Shown piece after piece: positions 1 through 9,436 of a stretch of DNA of 64,000 bases (the stretch's first letter is position 1; each line of letters starts with the position of its first letter). The notes under the pieces are model-generated. The model was not told the DNA's origin. It did no database searches and saw only the letters and a list, made by a program, of their open reading frames with translations. Source of the stretch: an uncultured Gemmataceae bacterium (lineage in GTDB: Bacteria > Planctomycetota > Planctomycetia > Gemmatales > Gemmataceae); contig CAVVPN010000012.1 in assembly GCA_963750165.1 (NCBI GenBank), forward strand, positions 192,001 through 256,000, in the 5' to 3' direction. Position numbers and translations under genes: made by a program.

Positions 1-1
1 C

Positions 2-184
2 CGAACCGCCGAGCCGTTGGCGCAGCCGAGCTACACGGACGCGGCCGCCGGCAAGGACACGCGCCGATTCTGGGTTGTCGCCGTCGATGCCCTGGGGCAG
101 GAGGGACTGCCGTCGGCCCCGTCGTGGCACTACCGGCAGCACCGCAAGTATTACGAGCCGTTCGTCGGCGCCTGGCACCAGTGA
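2..184 (+). CDS. C-terminal end of a protein truncated by the window edge (Fn3-like tail, ...FWVVAVDALGQEGLPSAPSWHYRQ...GAWHQ*)
   Basis: Open frame from base 2 to TGA at 182-184; VVAVDxxGxE motif typical of fibronectin type III strands. Confidence 0.55.
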   Translation, partial: RTAEPLAQPSYTDAAAGKDTRRFWVVAVDALGQEGLPSAPSWHYRQHRKYYEPFVGAWHQ

Positions 185-187
185 GGG

Positions 188-403
188 TCAAGCCGGCGGC
201 TCGGGTGACGCGGCATCGGTCCCGTTCGGTGCGCGCTCCCCAACCGGCCCCGGCGGCGACTCGGGCGACAGGGTCGCGTCCGGGTGCCGGCTCCGGTGCT
301 TGATGAGACAGTCCAGCGAGCAAAAGGACTGCCGGCAGGGGTGGCAGAAGAAGGCGCTCAGCAGTTTGCGCCCGCACTCCTGACAATTGCTGCAGCTGTA
401 CAT
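188..403 (-). CDS. 71-aa Cys/His-rich zinc-finger microprotein (MYSCSNCQECGRKLLSAFFCHPCRQSFCSLDCLIKHRSRH...)
   Basis: ATG at 403 with GGAGG RBS just upstream and a sigma54-like promoter at 430-446; CxxC...CxxC...FCSxxCxxxH pattern. Confidence 0.7.
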   Translation of the reverse strand: MYSCSNCQECGRKLLSAFFCHPCRQSFCSLDCLIKHRSRHPDATLSPESPPGPVGERAPNGTDAASPEPPA

Positions 404-429
404 GAGCCCCTCCGTTGCCAGGTATTTCA

Positions 430-446
430 CGCAAACCCTGTGCCGT
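430..446 (-). promoter_or_regulatory. sigma54-type -24/-12 promoter (ACGGCACAGGGTTTGCG)
   Basis: GG-N10-GC with GGCAC and TTGC, about 27 nt upstream of the ATG at 403. Confidence 0.6.
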
Positions 447-547
447 CCACTCCTCGCGCCCCCGACGACCCCCGGGCTTCTCCCACATTTCGTTTGTCGC
501 CTGCGCAGTGCGCTGGGTATGCTCCTGGGAACCAAGGAGCCCCGACC

Positions 548-1900
548 ATGTTCATCCTGAGTGGCAGTCCCGTGGAGTTCTTCCTGATGCTGGCGCTGGG
601 CGCCGGCGGTCCCTTCGCCGACATGGCGTCGCTGCTGACGCCGGAAGCCTACTTCCGCTCGCGCAACGTTGAACTCACCGTGCCCAATCTGGTGCAACGG
701 GTTGTCACGGCACCGAAGGGCGGTAAGGCCGAACTGCAACAGTTGCTGGCCATTCGCCTGCTCGTCATCGACCCCGACGAGGTGCGCAACGACAAGACGG
801 TACGCCAGGCGCTGGAAGACGTGGCCGCCGGCAAGAAGGGCCAGGACCGCCTCGGCTTCGCGAAGCAATACGCCGGCTGGGCGCTGGCTCGCCTCACCGG
901 GGCCAAGCCGCCGCCGCCCGCGGTTACCGCCGGCGGCCTGGCCGACGCCTTTGCCTGGTTCCCCGCGGACGTGACCTGGGCCGCCGCGGTCGATCTGCGG
1001 CCGACCGCCAGGGTGCCGCCGCACGACTTCGGCCACCTGAAGACGTTGTTCGACCGGCAGCTGCGGCCCGGCAGCGAAGCGGCCCTGTTCGCCTTCGCGG
1101 AGCAGGTAGGCAACTGCCGCCTGGACCGCGTGGCGTTCGGCCTCAGCATGGGGCCGAACCCCAAGGACGGGCCGGAGCGCGTCTTCGTGCGGTTGACCGG
1201 GTTGGCGGACCACGGGCGGTTGGTGGCGTATTTGAAGTCGGTCAACCCTGGCATCCGCGTGGAGTCGCGCAAGGACGGCAAGGAACCGGTGACAGTGCTG
1301 AGTCACGCCAACCGCGCGCCGGCGTTCGTGGTCATCGGCGATCGTGAGCTGGTCATCGCCGGCCCTGCCAACAACAGCGCCGACGCCGCCGCGGCCGTGG
1401 CCGCGCTGCTCGACGTGCGGGCCGGCCGCAAAAAAGGCCTGACCGCTGGCCCCCTGGCGGCCCGGCTCAAGCAGGTCGGCCCGAGCTGCTTCGGCCTGGT
1501 GATCGGGGCCGTACCGGCGGACTTCCCGCTCCTGCTGGGCGGCCTGGACGGGCTCAAATTGCAGGATTATCCGCAGTTGGTCTGGCTGGAACTGCTGCGC
1601 GACGCCAAGGGGGTGGAGCTGAAAATGCAAGGCACGATGGCCGACGCCGCGGCCGCCAAACGGTTTTGTCAGCAGGTGACCGACGCCGCCGAGGCCAGCC
1701 TGGGCAGGCTCAAGCTGTTCAAGAACGTGCTACCCGAGGAGGTGCTGGAGCAGACGCGGAAAATGCTGCTGGCGACGCGGATCGAGTCGAAGGAGGCGAC
1801 GGTGCGTGTCGGCCTGGTCGTGCCCACGGCGGTGCTGCGCGTGTTGCCGGGCTTGCTGCCGGCGCGACTCACCAACGGCATCGGGGGCAAGCAGGAATGA
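548..1900 (+). CDS. hypothetical exported protein
   Basis: Long ORF; AAGGAG RBS before ATG 548; hydrophobic N-terminus. Confidence 0.7.
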   Translation: MFILSGSPVEFFLMLALGAGGPFADMASLLTPEAYFRSRNVELTVPNLVQRVVTAPKGGKAELQQLLAIRLLVIDPDEVRNDKTVRQALEDVAAGKKGQDRLGFAKQYAGWALARLTGAKPPPPAVTAGGLADAFAWFPADVTWAAAVDLRPTARVPPHDFGHLKTLFDRQLRPGSEAALFAFAEQVGNCRLDRVAFGLSMGPNPKDGPERVFVRLTGLADHGRLVAYLKSVNPGIRVESRKDGKEPVTVLSHANRAPAFVVIGDRELVIAGPANNSADAAAAVAALLDVRAGRKKGLTAGPLAARLKQVGPSCFGLVIGAVPADFPLLLGGLDGLKLQDYPQLVWLELLRDAKGVELKMQGTMADAAAAKRFCQQVTDAAEASLGRLKLFKNVLPEEVLEQTRKMLLATRIESKEATVRVGLVVPTAVLRVLPGLLPARLTNGIGGKQE

Positions 1901-1917
1901 GCGAGCCGTTGAATGGG

Positions 1918-2192
1918 ATTTCACCGCAGCGAACGCAGAGCGCGCGGAGAGAAGACCGAGGAATCGATCCACAGATGACACAGCTGCCACAGCTCGAGCG
2001 GTTCGCAGTTGGGTGTAGCGGAAGTCGCCAGACTTCCGTCCGGTGCTGCTCGGAAGTCTGGCGACTCCCGCTACACCCATTCGCAATCTGCAATAAAGAC
2101 CAATTAACATGTCTTTATCTGGGTTCATCTGTGTCATCTGTGGATCCTCTTTGGTTTTTTCTCTGCGCGCTCTGCGCTCTCTGCGGTGAAAT
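1918..2192. repeat. three nested inverted-repeat (REP/MITE-like) elements
   Basis: Outer arms ATTTCACCGCAG.../...CTGCGGTGAAAT (1918/2192); middle GATCCACAGATGACACAG/CTGTGTCATCTGTGGATC (1966/2146); inner GGGTGTAGCGGAAGTCGCCAGACTTCCG/CGGAAGTCTGGCGACTCCCGCTACACCC (2011/2078). Confidence 0.9.
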
Positions 2193-2211
2193 ATTTTTCA
2201 AGGAGTCATTC

Positions 2212-2994
2212 ATGGATGTCGTCGCCTACAACCAGGCCGCCTGGGACCGCAACGTGCAGCGCGGCAATCGCTGGACGCTACCGGTCAGCCCCGAAGTGAT
2301 CGCGGCGGCGCGGCGCGGCGACTGGCACATCATCCTGACGCCGACGAAGCCGGTGCCGCGCGACTGGTTCCCGGCGCTGGCCGGGGCGCGGTTGCTGTGC
2401 CTGGCGGGCGGTGGCGGTCAGCAGGGGCCGATCCTGGCGGCCGCCGGCGCCCACGTCACCGTCTTCGACAACTCAACCGCCCAGCTCGGCCAGGACGCCC
2501 ACGTCGCCGCGCGCGACGGCCTGCCGCTGACGACCGTCCACGGTGACATGACCCAACCGCTGCCGTTCACCACCGGCGAGTTCGACCTGATCGTCCACCC
2601 CTGCTCGAACTGCTTCATCCCAGATGTGCGGCCGCTGTGGCGTGAGGCCAGCCGCGTGCTGCGGCCCGGCGGCACCCTGCTGGCGGGCTTCTGCAATCCC
2701 GTGGCCTTTCTGTTCGACGAGGAACTGAAGAACCAGGGCACGTTGCAGATGTGTTTCTCGGCGCCGTACTCGGACCTGACGAGCCTGAGTGAGGCCCAGC
2801 GTCGCCGCTACATCGACGAGGGGCTGCCGCTGGTGTTTGGCCACACACTGCAGGACCAGATCGGCGGACAACTCGACGCCGGGCTGCAGATGCTCGGCTT
2901 TTACGAGGATTATCACGATCCGAAGGAAGATTTGCTGGCCCGCTACCTGCCGACCTTCGCGGCGACGCGCTGCGTCAAACCGGCCAACCCGTGA
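2212..2994 (+). CDS. class I SAM-dependent methyltransferase
   Basis: [11 protein letters not shown] motif I, VFDNS, GDM, RVLRPGG; AGGAG RBS. Confidence 0.9.
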   Translation: MDVVAYNQAAWDRNVQRGNRWTLPVSPEVIAAARRGDWHIILTPTKPVPRDWFPALAGARLLCLAGGGGQQGPILAAAGAHVTVFDNSTAQLGQDAHVAARDGLPLTTVHGDMTQPLPFTTGEFDLIVHPCSNCFIPDVRPLWREASRVLRPGGTLLAGFCNPVAFLFDEELKNQGTLQMCFSAPYSDLTSLSEAQRRRYIDEGLPLVFGHTLQDQIGGQLDAGLQMLGFYEDYHDPKEDLLARYLPTFAATRCVKPANP

Positions 2995-3001
2995 CGGCCC
3001 G

Positions 3002-3814
3002 TTACCAGTGCCCGAACAGGCGCAGCCGGCGGAGGCTGATCGTCCAGGACGCCGCCAGGTAGAGCATCGGGAAGGTCAGCGACAGCAGCACGAGCCAGCG
3101 CGGCGGCCCGCCGTCGGCGTCCCCGGACGCGGCGGCGCTCACCAGTTCCACCAGCACCCAGACGAGCAGTACGCCCCAGGTCACACCCAAAACGTTGGCC
3201 AGGCGGTTGAGCAGGCCACGGCCGCGGCTGGGATACAGATACAGGCTCGGTACGAACGTCAGCACCGCCAGCAGCCACAGCACGGCCAGGCTGACGCCCG
3301 TCGTCGGCCGCAGCAGGTACAGATACAACGCCACGACGTTCCACAGCGACGGGAAGCCGCGGAAGTAGCCGTCTGCCGTCTTGGCGTCCACCTGGCAGAA
3401 GCCGTAGACGCTCGCCAGCAGCGGCACCAGCAGGCACCAGCCCAGGCCCTCCGGCAGCACCTGGGCCCGCCACAACAGCAGCAGCGGCAGCGCGGTGTAG
3501 GTCAGGAAATCGATGAGGTCGTCCAGGTGAGCACCGTCAAAGCCGGGCAGCACTTCCTTGACGCGGACGGCGCGGGCCATCAGGCCGTCAGTGCTGTCCA
3601 CCAGCGTGGCGGCCAGCATCAGCACGAACGCCCAGGCGAAGCCGAGCGCGTCGCCGCGGACGACGAGCACCGCCATGCCGGCCGCGGCCACCAGCCCCAG
3701 GGCGGTGTAAAAGTGGACGCCCCAGGCCAGCGCCTGCCGCAGCCGCAGCGCCGCCGACGGCCGCGTCTCCACTTCCGTTGATGCTGCTTCCGCCGCCACG
3801 TCAATCTGGCTCAT
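3002..3814 (-). CDS. pcs: phosphatidylcholine synthase (CDP-alcohol phosphatidyltransferase family)
   Basis: DSTDGLMAR...FDGAHLDDLIDFLTY and AKTADGYFRGFPSLWN motifs; multi-TM. Confidence 0.8.
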   Translation of the reverse strand: MSQIDVAAEAASTEVETRPSAALRLRQALAWGVHFYTALGLVAAAGMAVLVVRGDALGFAWAFVLMLAATLVDSTDGLMARAVRVKEVLPGFDGAHLDDLIDFLTYTALPLLLLWRAQVLPEGLGWCLLVPLLASVYGFCQVDAKTADGYFRGFPSLWNVVALYLYLLRPTTGVSLAVLWLLAVLTFVPSLYLYPSRGRGLLNRLANVLGVTWGVLLVWVLVELVSAAASGDADGGPPRWLVLLSLTFPMLYLAASWTISLRRLRLFGHW

Positions 3815-3988
3815 GGCCTTCCTCCCTGTGCGGCCGCGCGGGCCGCCCCCCGGTCCTCGCCTGCATTCAGGGTAGGTGTATTTTGATGATTCCGCGACGC
3901 CGGAATCGTGTCAAGGAGAAATGACGGGGCGGCGGTGCCGCCCTTTGGAAGATGAGGTCATCCGGAAGTGTCTTGGATTTTCGTGGTG

Positions 3989-4051
3989 GGTCGGAGCCTG
4001 AGCGCCAGCCAGGGGCCAGGTCTGCCCCGCGCTGGCGCTCGGGCTCCGACC
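3989..4051. repeat. REP-like palindrome (GTCGGAGCCyGAGCGCCAGC family)
   Basis: Inverted arms; near-identical copy at 27666-27726. Confidence 0.85.
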
Positions 4052-4080
4052 AGAAACAAGAAACCGCGGCGGGGGCGCCG

Positions 4081-4584
4081 TCAGGGCCGCAGGCGGCGCA
4101 GGATGTCCAGCACGCTGATGACGCCGACCAGCACGCCGGCGCGGTCCACCACGAATAGCCGGTGGACCTTGAGGGTCAACAGCTCCTCGATAACCCGGGT
4201 CACGGGGGCGTCCGGCGGCACCGCGAACACTGCGGGCGTCATGATGTCGGCCACCGTCGTCCGATCGACGCGCTCCACCTGGAAGCCACGCGGCAGCAGC
4301 TCGCCGGCGTCGGTGGCAAGCTCGCCGCGGTGGTAGAACTCTGGCGCCGCGTACTCGACGCGCTCGCGCTCGTGAACCAGGATGTCGCTGCGACTGATGA
4401 CGCCGACCGGCTTGCCGGCGTCGTCGATCACCGGGGCGGCGCTGAAGCCCTTGTCAACGAGCAGGGCCATCGCCTCGCGCACCGTGGCGTTCTCGCGCAC
4501 CGACACGGGGTTGGGCATCATCAGGTCTTCGGCCGTCTCCGCGTGGAGCACCAGCGGGCCGGCCAGGGTCAAGGATTCGTTCAT
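4081..4584 (-). CDS. CBS-domain pair protein
   Basis: TAEDLM..P, APVIDDAGKPVGVIS..D, VHRLFVVD..G.LVGVIS..D. Confidence 0.9.
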   Translation of the reverse strand: MNESLTLAGPLVLHAETAEDLMMPNPVSVRENATVREAMALLVDKGFSAAPVIDDAGKPVGVISRSDILVHERERVEYAAPEFYHRGELATDAGELLPRGFQVERVDRTTVADIMTPAVFAVPPDAPVTRVIEELLTLKVHRLFVVDRAGVLVGVISVLDILRRLRP

Positions 4585-4627
4585 GGCGGGCCTCCTTTGT
4601 CGGTCAAGGGTCTCGGGTCGGGCGAAC

Positions 4628-5174
4628 TCAGCAGCCGCACGACGTCATGCGGGAGGCGTCCTCGGCTGCGGGGGTTAACTCGTGCAGCCGACGCACCTCG
4701 TCGGCATGGGCCAGGGCCGCCAGCAGGTCCGTGCTGGAGACGACGCCGAGCGGGCGGTTGTCGGGGCGGACGACAATGACGCGGTGGATGTGGGCGTCGA
4801 GCATCTTGCGCCAGTTCGCCGATGGGCGTGGCCGGCGGCACCAACACCGGGTCCGGCGTCATGTGCGCCCGTACCTCGTAGTCGGGCAGCGTGTCGGGGT
4901 CCAGGAACTGCCAGGCGCGGGAGTAGGTGGAGGCCGCATCGCACGGCGGCGGGCAGTGGCCCTTGCCGGTCTCCACCCAGTGCAGAAAATCGGTGGCCGA
5001 AAGCACGCCGATACAGCGGCCCGCTTCATCGACGACCGGCGCGCCGGTGATGTGGGACTGAGACAGCAGACGGGCGGCCGCGGGCAGGGTCATGTGTGCG
5101 GGGACCATGACGATCGACTGGCTCATCAGGTCCGCCGCCGTCAAGGCGAACAACGGTTTGTGGATGGCGATCAT
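4628..5174 (-). CDS. CBS-domain pair protein with an apparent frameshift at about 4808
   Basis: MIAIHKPLFALTAADLMS...PIGELA continues in another frame as KMLDAHIHRVIVVRPDNRPLGVVSSTDLL...TSCGC*; AGGAGG RBS. Confidence 0.85.
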
Positions 5175-5229
5175 GATCGTACCTCCTGAGAGCGGAGAGG
5201 AGTTTAGGCTGAAGCGCGAAAGATATGTG

Positions 5230-5246
5230 AGCAAACGATGTGCCGG
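5230..5246 (-). promoter_or_regulatory. sigma54-type promoter (CCGGCACATCGTTTGCT) upstream of the CBS gene pair
   Basis: GG-N10-GC, close to the YTGGCACGNNNNTTGCW consensus. Confidence 0.65.
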
Positions 5247-5386
5247 CGATCTCGGCCTCCACTGCATCCTGGAAAAGACGCATCGGGCGTGGGAACCGCC
5301 CGGGCCCACTGCTCCTGTTCCGCACAGTCGGCTGGGCGGAACCGACGCACCGGCCTCCTCCTCTCCCTCCTCACAGGAAGGTGTCG

Positions 5387-6304
5387 CTAACCGGGCGTCG
5401 TCCGCAGCGTCCCCACCACCTCGCGCACGCTGCCGGCCCCCAGTTGTGCCAACGACCCCGGCAGCGCCTGCGCCACGCGCACCGATGCCGTCGGGTCGTA
5501 GAAGTTCACCGTCCCCAGCTGCACCGCCGTGGCGCCGGCCACCAGAAACTCCATCACATCGTCCAGCGTCGCGATGCCGCCGACGCCGATGATCGGCACC
5601 CGCACCTTCTGCGCCACCTGCCACACCAGCCGCAGCGCCAGCGGCTTGATCGCCGGCCCGCTCAGGCCGCCGGTCACGTTGCCCAGGATTGGCCGCCGTC
5701 GCTTCCAGTCCACCGCCATGCCCACGAACGTGTTCACCAGCGACACCGCGTCCGCCCCCCCGTCCACCGCCGCCTGCGCGATCGGCACGACGTTCGTCAC
5801 ATTCGGCGTCAGTTTGGCGATCAGCGGCAGCGGACAGACGCGGCGGACGCCCTCGACCACGCGCCACGTCAGCGCCGGGTCCGTGGCGAAGTCGATGCCG
5901 CCCGCGACGTTCGGACACGACAGGTTCAACTCCAGCGCCGCCAGGCCGGGTTCGCGGCCGATCTGTTCCGCCATCGCGAAGAAGTCCTCGGTGTCCTCGC
6001 CGGCGATGTTGGCGATGATCGCGGTCGGCAGCGTCCGCAGGTAGGGCAGGTGGTGCGCGATGAAGTGGTCGATGCCGTCGTTGTCGAGGCCGATGGCGTT
6101 GAGCATGCCGCTGGCGGTCTCGACGGTGCGCGGCGGTTTGTTGCCGACGCGTGGGTGGCGCGTGACGGTCTTGGGGATGACTCCGCCGAGTTGCGCGAAA
6201 TCGACGACGCCGGCCAGTTCGCGCGCGTAGCCGAAGGTGCCCGACGCCACCAGGACGGGGTTGCGCAGGTGCAGGCGGCCGAGGGTGACGGCGAGGTTCG
6301 GCAT
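5387..6304 (-). CDS. pyrD: dihydroorotate dehydrogenase, family 1 (1B-like)
   Basis: [47 protein letters not shown]. Confidence 0.95.
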   Translation of the reverse strand: MPNLAVTLGRLHLRNPVLVASGTFGYARELAGVVDFAQLGGVIPKTVTRHPRVGNKPPRTVETASGMLNAIGLDNDGIDHFIAHHLPYLRTLPTAIIANIAGEDTEDFFAMAEQIGREPGLAALELNLSCPNVAGGIDFATDPALTWRVVEGVRRVCPLPLIAKLTPNVTNVVPIAQAAVDGGADAVSLVNTFVGMAVDWKRRRPILGNVTGGLSGPAIKPLALRLVWQVAQKVRVPIIGVGGIATLDDVMEFLVAGATAVQLGTVNFYDPTASVRVAQALPGSLAQLGAGSVREVVGTLRTTPG

Positions 6305-6305
6305 G

Positions 6306-6941
6306 TCACTCACCAGGTTGGAATTGCTCATCGGAACTGGGCACCGTGGCGGGCCAGGTTTGAATGCCGTCGGGCGGCAGTGGGGGACGATCCTGGTTGC
6401 GCATCTGCTCCCAGGTGATCCGGGGCGCCTTGTGTCGAAACCCCTCCGTGGCGCGGCGCAGCGCCTTTAACTTCCAGGCGAACTCCACGGAAATCCCCGC
6501 CAGCGTCAGGCTCACTTCGTCATACGCCGGGCAAGAAAACCCGTTCAGTCGCAGCGCCACCGCCCCGAAGAACCAGAATACCAGACTACCCCACACCGCC
6601 ACGCAGAGTAGTCCGGCCGAGTCCCCGTGCTGCCCCGTGGGCGGAAACACGCCGGTGAAGAGACACGTCCCGGCCGTGGCCACGACCGCCAGCGCCAGCA
6701 ACCCGAGGCCGGTCAGGTTACGCCAGCCCGCGAGGTGTTTGTGGCGGTCGCAAAACGGCAAGCGGACCCAGAGCTGGTCGGTCCCGGTGGGGGCGTACGG
6801 CAAGATCAAGTACGGCAGGCCGAACAACCCGGTGAACACCGCCCGGTCGCGCAGGGCGGTCGCCGGTTGCCCGCAGCGCACGCAACAGCCCGGCACGTCT
6901 CCGTGGTAAGCCTCCGCCAACAAGAAGCGCACTCTTGCCAT
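6306..6941 (-). CDS. hypothetical membrane protein with CxxC (CVRC) and CxxH motifs
   Basis: ORF from ATG 6941; TM helices; typical planctomycete zinc-binding membrane protein. Confidence 0.65.
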   Translation of the reverse strand: MARVRFLLAEAYHGDVPGCCVRCGQPATALRDRAVFTGLFGLPYLILPYAPTGTDQLWVRLPFCDRHKHLAGWRNLTGLGLLALAVVATAGTCLFTGVFPPTGQHGDSAGLLCVAVWGSLVFWFFGAVALRLNGFSCPAYDEVSLTLAGISVEFAWKLKALRRATEGFRHKAPRITWEQMRNQDRPPLPPDGIQTWPATVPSSDEQFQPGE

Positions 6942-6975
6942 GCTCAGCCAGCGGGTTGGATGCGGTCGTCCGGGG

Positions 6976-7018
6976 CGAAGGTGCCCGATGCCACCAGGAC
7001 GGGGTTGCGCAGGCGCAG
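6976..7018 (-). repeat. 43-bp direct duplicate of the pyrD 5' coding region (6232-6274)
   Basis: CGAAGGTGCCCGAyGCCACCAGGACGGGGTTGCGCAGGyGCAG at both sites, 2 mismatches. Confidence 0.9.
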
Positions 7019-7084
7019 CAAGGATCAAACCGGCGAAGGGATTGGCGTAGGAGGTCGATGAGGGATCGGAACCCGCGCTCTCTT

Positions 7085-7173
7085 CCGCTTGCGGCTGAGC
7101 GGGCTGCGACCTTCCCGGCGCTGGAAAGATTTGCTAGCGCCAGAAGGGCCGCAGCCCGCTCAGCCGCAAGCGG
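7085..7173. repeat. REP-like long inverted repeat downstream of speA
   Basis: CCGCTTGCGGCTGAGCGGGCTGCG / CGCAGCCCGCTCAGCCGCAAGCGG. Confidence 0.85.
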
Positions 7174-7187
7174 TCGAAAAGACCGCA

Positions 7188-9101
7188 CTACTGCTGCGGC
7201 TCCTCCAGATACGTGTAGCCCTCCAGCCCCGACTCGTAGAAGCGCAGCATCTGCCGCGACTCGTTCAGCGAAATCTTGCCGCTGCGCACCGCTCGCTCCA
7301 CGTCCTTGCGCAGCTTGGCGATCAGCTCATCCGCCGAGTATTGCACATACGCCAGCACCTCGCGCACCGTGTCGCCCTTGATGACGGCGTCGAGGTTGAT
7401 CTCGCCGTCGTCGTCCAGGCTGACGTGGACCGCGTTGGTGTCGCCGAACAGGTTGTGCAGGTCGCCCAAAATTTCCTGATACGCCCCGAGCAGGAACGCC
7501 CCGAGATAGTACGGCTCGCCGCTGAACGGATGCAGTTCCAGCGTGTTGCGCACGTCGCGCAGGTCAATGAACTGGTCGATCTTGCCGTCCGAGTCGCAGG
7601 TGATGTCGCCGAGGACGCCGCGGCGCGTCGGCGGCTCGTTCAGGCGGTGGATCGGCATGAGCGGAAACAGCTGCTTGACCGCCCAGCTGTCCGGCATTGA
7701 CTGGAACACCGAGAAGTTGCAGAAATACGTGTCCGACATCACCGGTTCCAGGCCCTGCAACTCCTCCGGCACATAGTCCAGCTCGCGGACAATTTTCAGC
7801 ACCTTGCCGCACACCGCCCAGAACAGCCGCTCCGTCAACGCACGCAGTTCGATCGTCAGCGTGCCGAGGTTGAACATCGTCAACGCGTCGTCCATTGTCT
7901 GCTGGGCGTCGTGGTAGCCCTCCAGAAAATTCTTCTTCGACAGGTCGCGGTAGATCGACTGCAAATCGACAATCTGCTGCGGCGCGTCGTGCGGGATTTC
8001 CGGCGGCGCCTGGTAGCGGTCGAAGTTGGAGACGCCGAGCACGTCGAAGACGAGCAGGCTGTGGTACGCCGCGATGGCCCGGCCCGACTCGGAGATAATC
8101 ATCGGGTGCGGCACGTCCGCCTCGTCGCAGACGCTCTTGATGCGGAACACCACGTCGTTGGCGTACTCCTGCAACGTGTAGTTCACGCTCGACTCGAAGT
8201 CGGTCTGCGAACCGTCGTAGTCGATGCCGAGGCCACCACCCACGTCCAGGTACTTGACGCCGGCACCGCAGCGGTGCAGCTCGACGTACACCCGCGCCGC
8301 CTCGGTCAACGCCCCCTTGATGTTGCGGATGTTCGTGATCTGGCTGCCCATGTGGAAGTGGACCAGCTGCAGGCAGTCCGCCAGGTCGCGCTCCTTGAGG
8401 TACTCGAACGCCTCCAGCGTTTCGGTGAGCGTCAGACCGAACTTGGAGCGAAAGCCGGCGCTGTACTTCCAGCGGCCCGCCCCGCGCGACGCCAGCTTGA
8501 CGCGCACGCCGAGCACCGGCCGCACACGCAATTCCTCCGCGTGGCGGACGATTGCCTCCAGTTCGGTGAATTTTTCCACGACCGGGATGATGTTCTTGCC
8601 GATCTTGCGGGCCAGCATGGCCATCTTGATGAACTCGTCATCCTTGAAGCCGTTGCAGATGATCGGCGTCTCCAGGCCGTTGGTCAGCGCCAGCACCGCG
8701 AGCAGCTCGGGCTTGGAGCCGGCCTCCAGGCCGAAGCGGAACTCCTTGCCGACGTCCAGTACCTCCTCGACGACGTGCCGCTGCTGGTTCACCTTGATCG
8801 GGTAAACGCAGCAGTATTCGCCCTGGTAGTCGTACTCGGTGACGGCCCGGTGGAAGGCCTCGTGGATCTCGCGGACGGTCTGGCGGAGGATGTCGGTGAA
8901 GCGCAGCAGGATCGGCAACTGGATGCCGCGCGTCTGGAGCTGATCGACGAGTTCCTTCAAGTCGATAGATTGGCTGGTGTTTTTGCGGGGGTGGACCGTG
9001 ACGTGGCCGGCCTTGTTGATGCCGAAGTAGCCCTTGCCCCACTGGCGGATGCGATAAATTTCCATCGCGTCCTGGATCTTCCACTTTTCCATCAATTCCA
9101 T
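7188..9101 (-). CDS. speA: biosynthetic arginine decarboxylase
   Basis: VYPIKVNQ PLP lysine, GLEAGSKPEL, HFHMGSQI, DVGGGLG, DITCDSDG, GDLHNLFGD. Confidence 0.96.
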   Translation of the reverse strand: MELMEKWKIQDAMEIYRIRQWGKGYFGINKAGHVTVHPRKNTSQSIDLKELVDQLQTRGIQLPILLRFTDILRQTVREIHEAFHRAVTEYDYQGEYCCVYPIKVNQQRHVVEEVLDVGKEFRFGLEAGSKPELLAVLALTNGLETPIICNGFKDDEFIKMAMLARKIGKNIIPVVEKFTELEAIVRHAEELRVRPVLGVRVKLASRGAGRWKYSAGFRSKFGLTLTETLEAFEYLKERDLADCLQLVHFHMGSQITNIRNIKGALTEAARVYVELHRCGAGVKYLDVGGGLGIDYDGSQTDFESSVNYTLQEYANDVVFRIKSVCDEADVPHPMIISESGRAIAAYHSLLVFDVLGVSNFDRYQAPPEIPHDAPQQIVDLQSIYRDLSKKNFLEGYHDAQQTMDDALTMFNLGTLTIELRALTERLFWAVCGKVLKIVRELDYVPEELQGLEPVMSDTYFCNFSVFQSMPDSWAVKQLFPLMPIHRLNEPPTRRGVLGDITCDSDGKIDQFIDLRDVRNTLELHPFSGEPYYLGAFLLGAYQEILGDLHNLFGDTNAVHVSLDDDGEINLDAVIKGDTVREVLAYVQYSADELIAKLRKDVERAVRSGKISLNESRQMLRFYESGLEGYTYLEEPQQ

Positions 9102-9174
9102 CAGGAGGTGCCTTTCACAAGCGGGTGTCGCGGAAGAAGCCGGCGGCCGTGGCTGGCGAACGAAACTCATTGTC

Positions 9175-9191
9175 CGGGCATGAGTTTTGCT
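9175..9191 (+). promoter_or_regulatory. sigma54-like promoter (CGGGCATGAGTTTTGCT) followed by TATAAT
   Basis: GG-N10-GC spacing; upstream of the methyltransferase at 9437. Confidence 0.45.
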
Positions 9192-9320
9192 TTATAATGT
9201 GTATGGCGACACCCTTCAAAAGTCAAGGATTTTTCACGTATTCTCGATACCTTTTGCCGCCCGTGCGCCCGACGCGGGCGACGGTGACTGTTGTGCGGGC
9301 GGCGCGATTTGGAAAGGATT

Positions 9321-9409
9321 TCACCACGGAGCACGCAGCGCGCGCAGAGAAAAGACGAAAACCGGTTTTATTCATGGTTTTTCTCCGCGCGCTGCGTGCT
9401 CCGTGGTGA
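9321..9409. repeat. TCACCAC-family inverted repeat element
   Basis: TCACCACGGAGCACGCAGCGCGCG / CGCGCGCTGCGTGCTCCGTGGTGA with an AT-rich spacer. Confidence 0.9.
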
Positions 9410-9436
9410 CATTTTTGAACGAACCGGAGTCCCATC

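Noticed and set aside
404..1630. 480-aa minus-strand ORF and many other long antisense ORFs (e.g. 7911-9197, 42283-43920, 61910-63424)
   Set aside because: They are antisense shadows of real genes in high-GC DNA and carry no motifs.
1666..2211. N-terminal extension of the methyltransferase ORF
   Set aside because: It runs through the nested palindromes; the real start is ATG 2212 with an RBS.
2212..3814. Methyltransferase plus Pcs as a dual phosphatidylcholine pathway
   Set aside because: The genes are convergent, and the methyltransferase does not resemble PmtA specifically.
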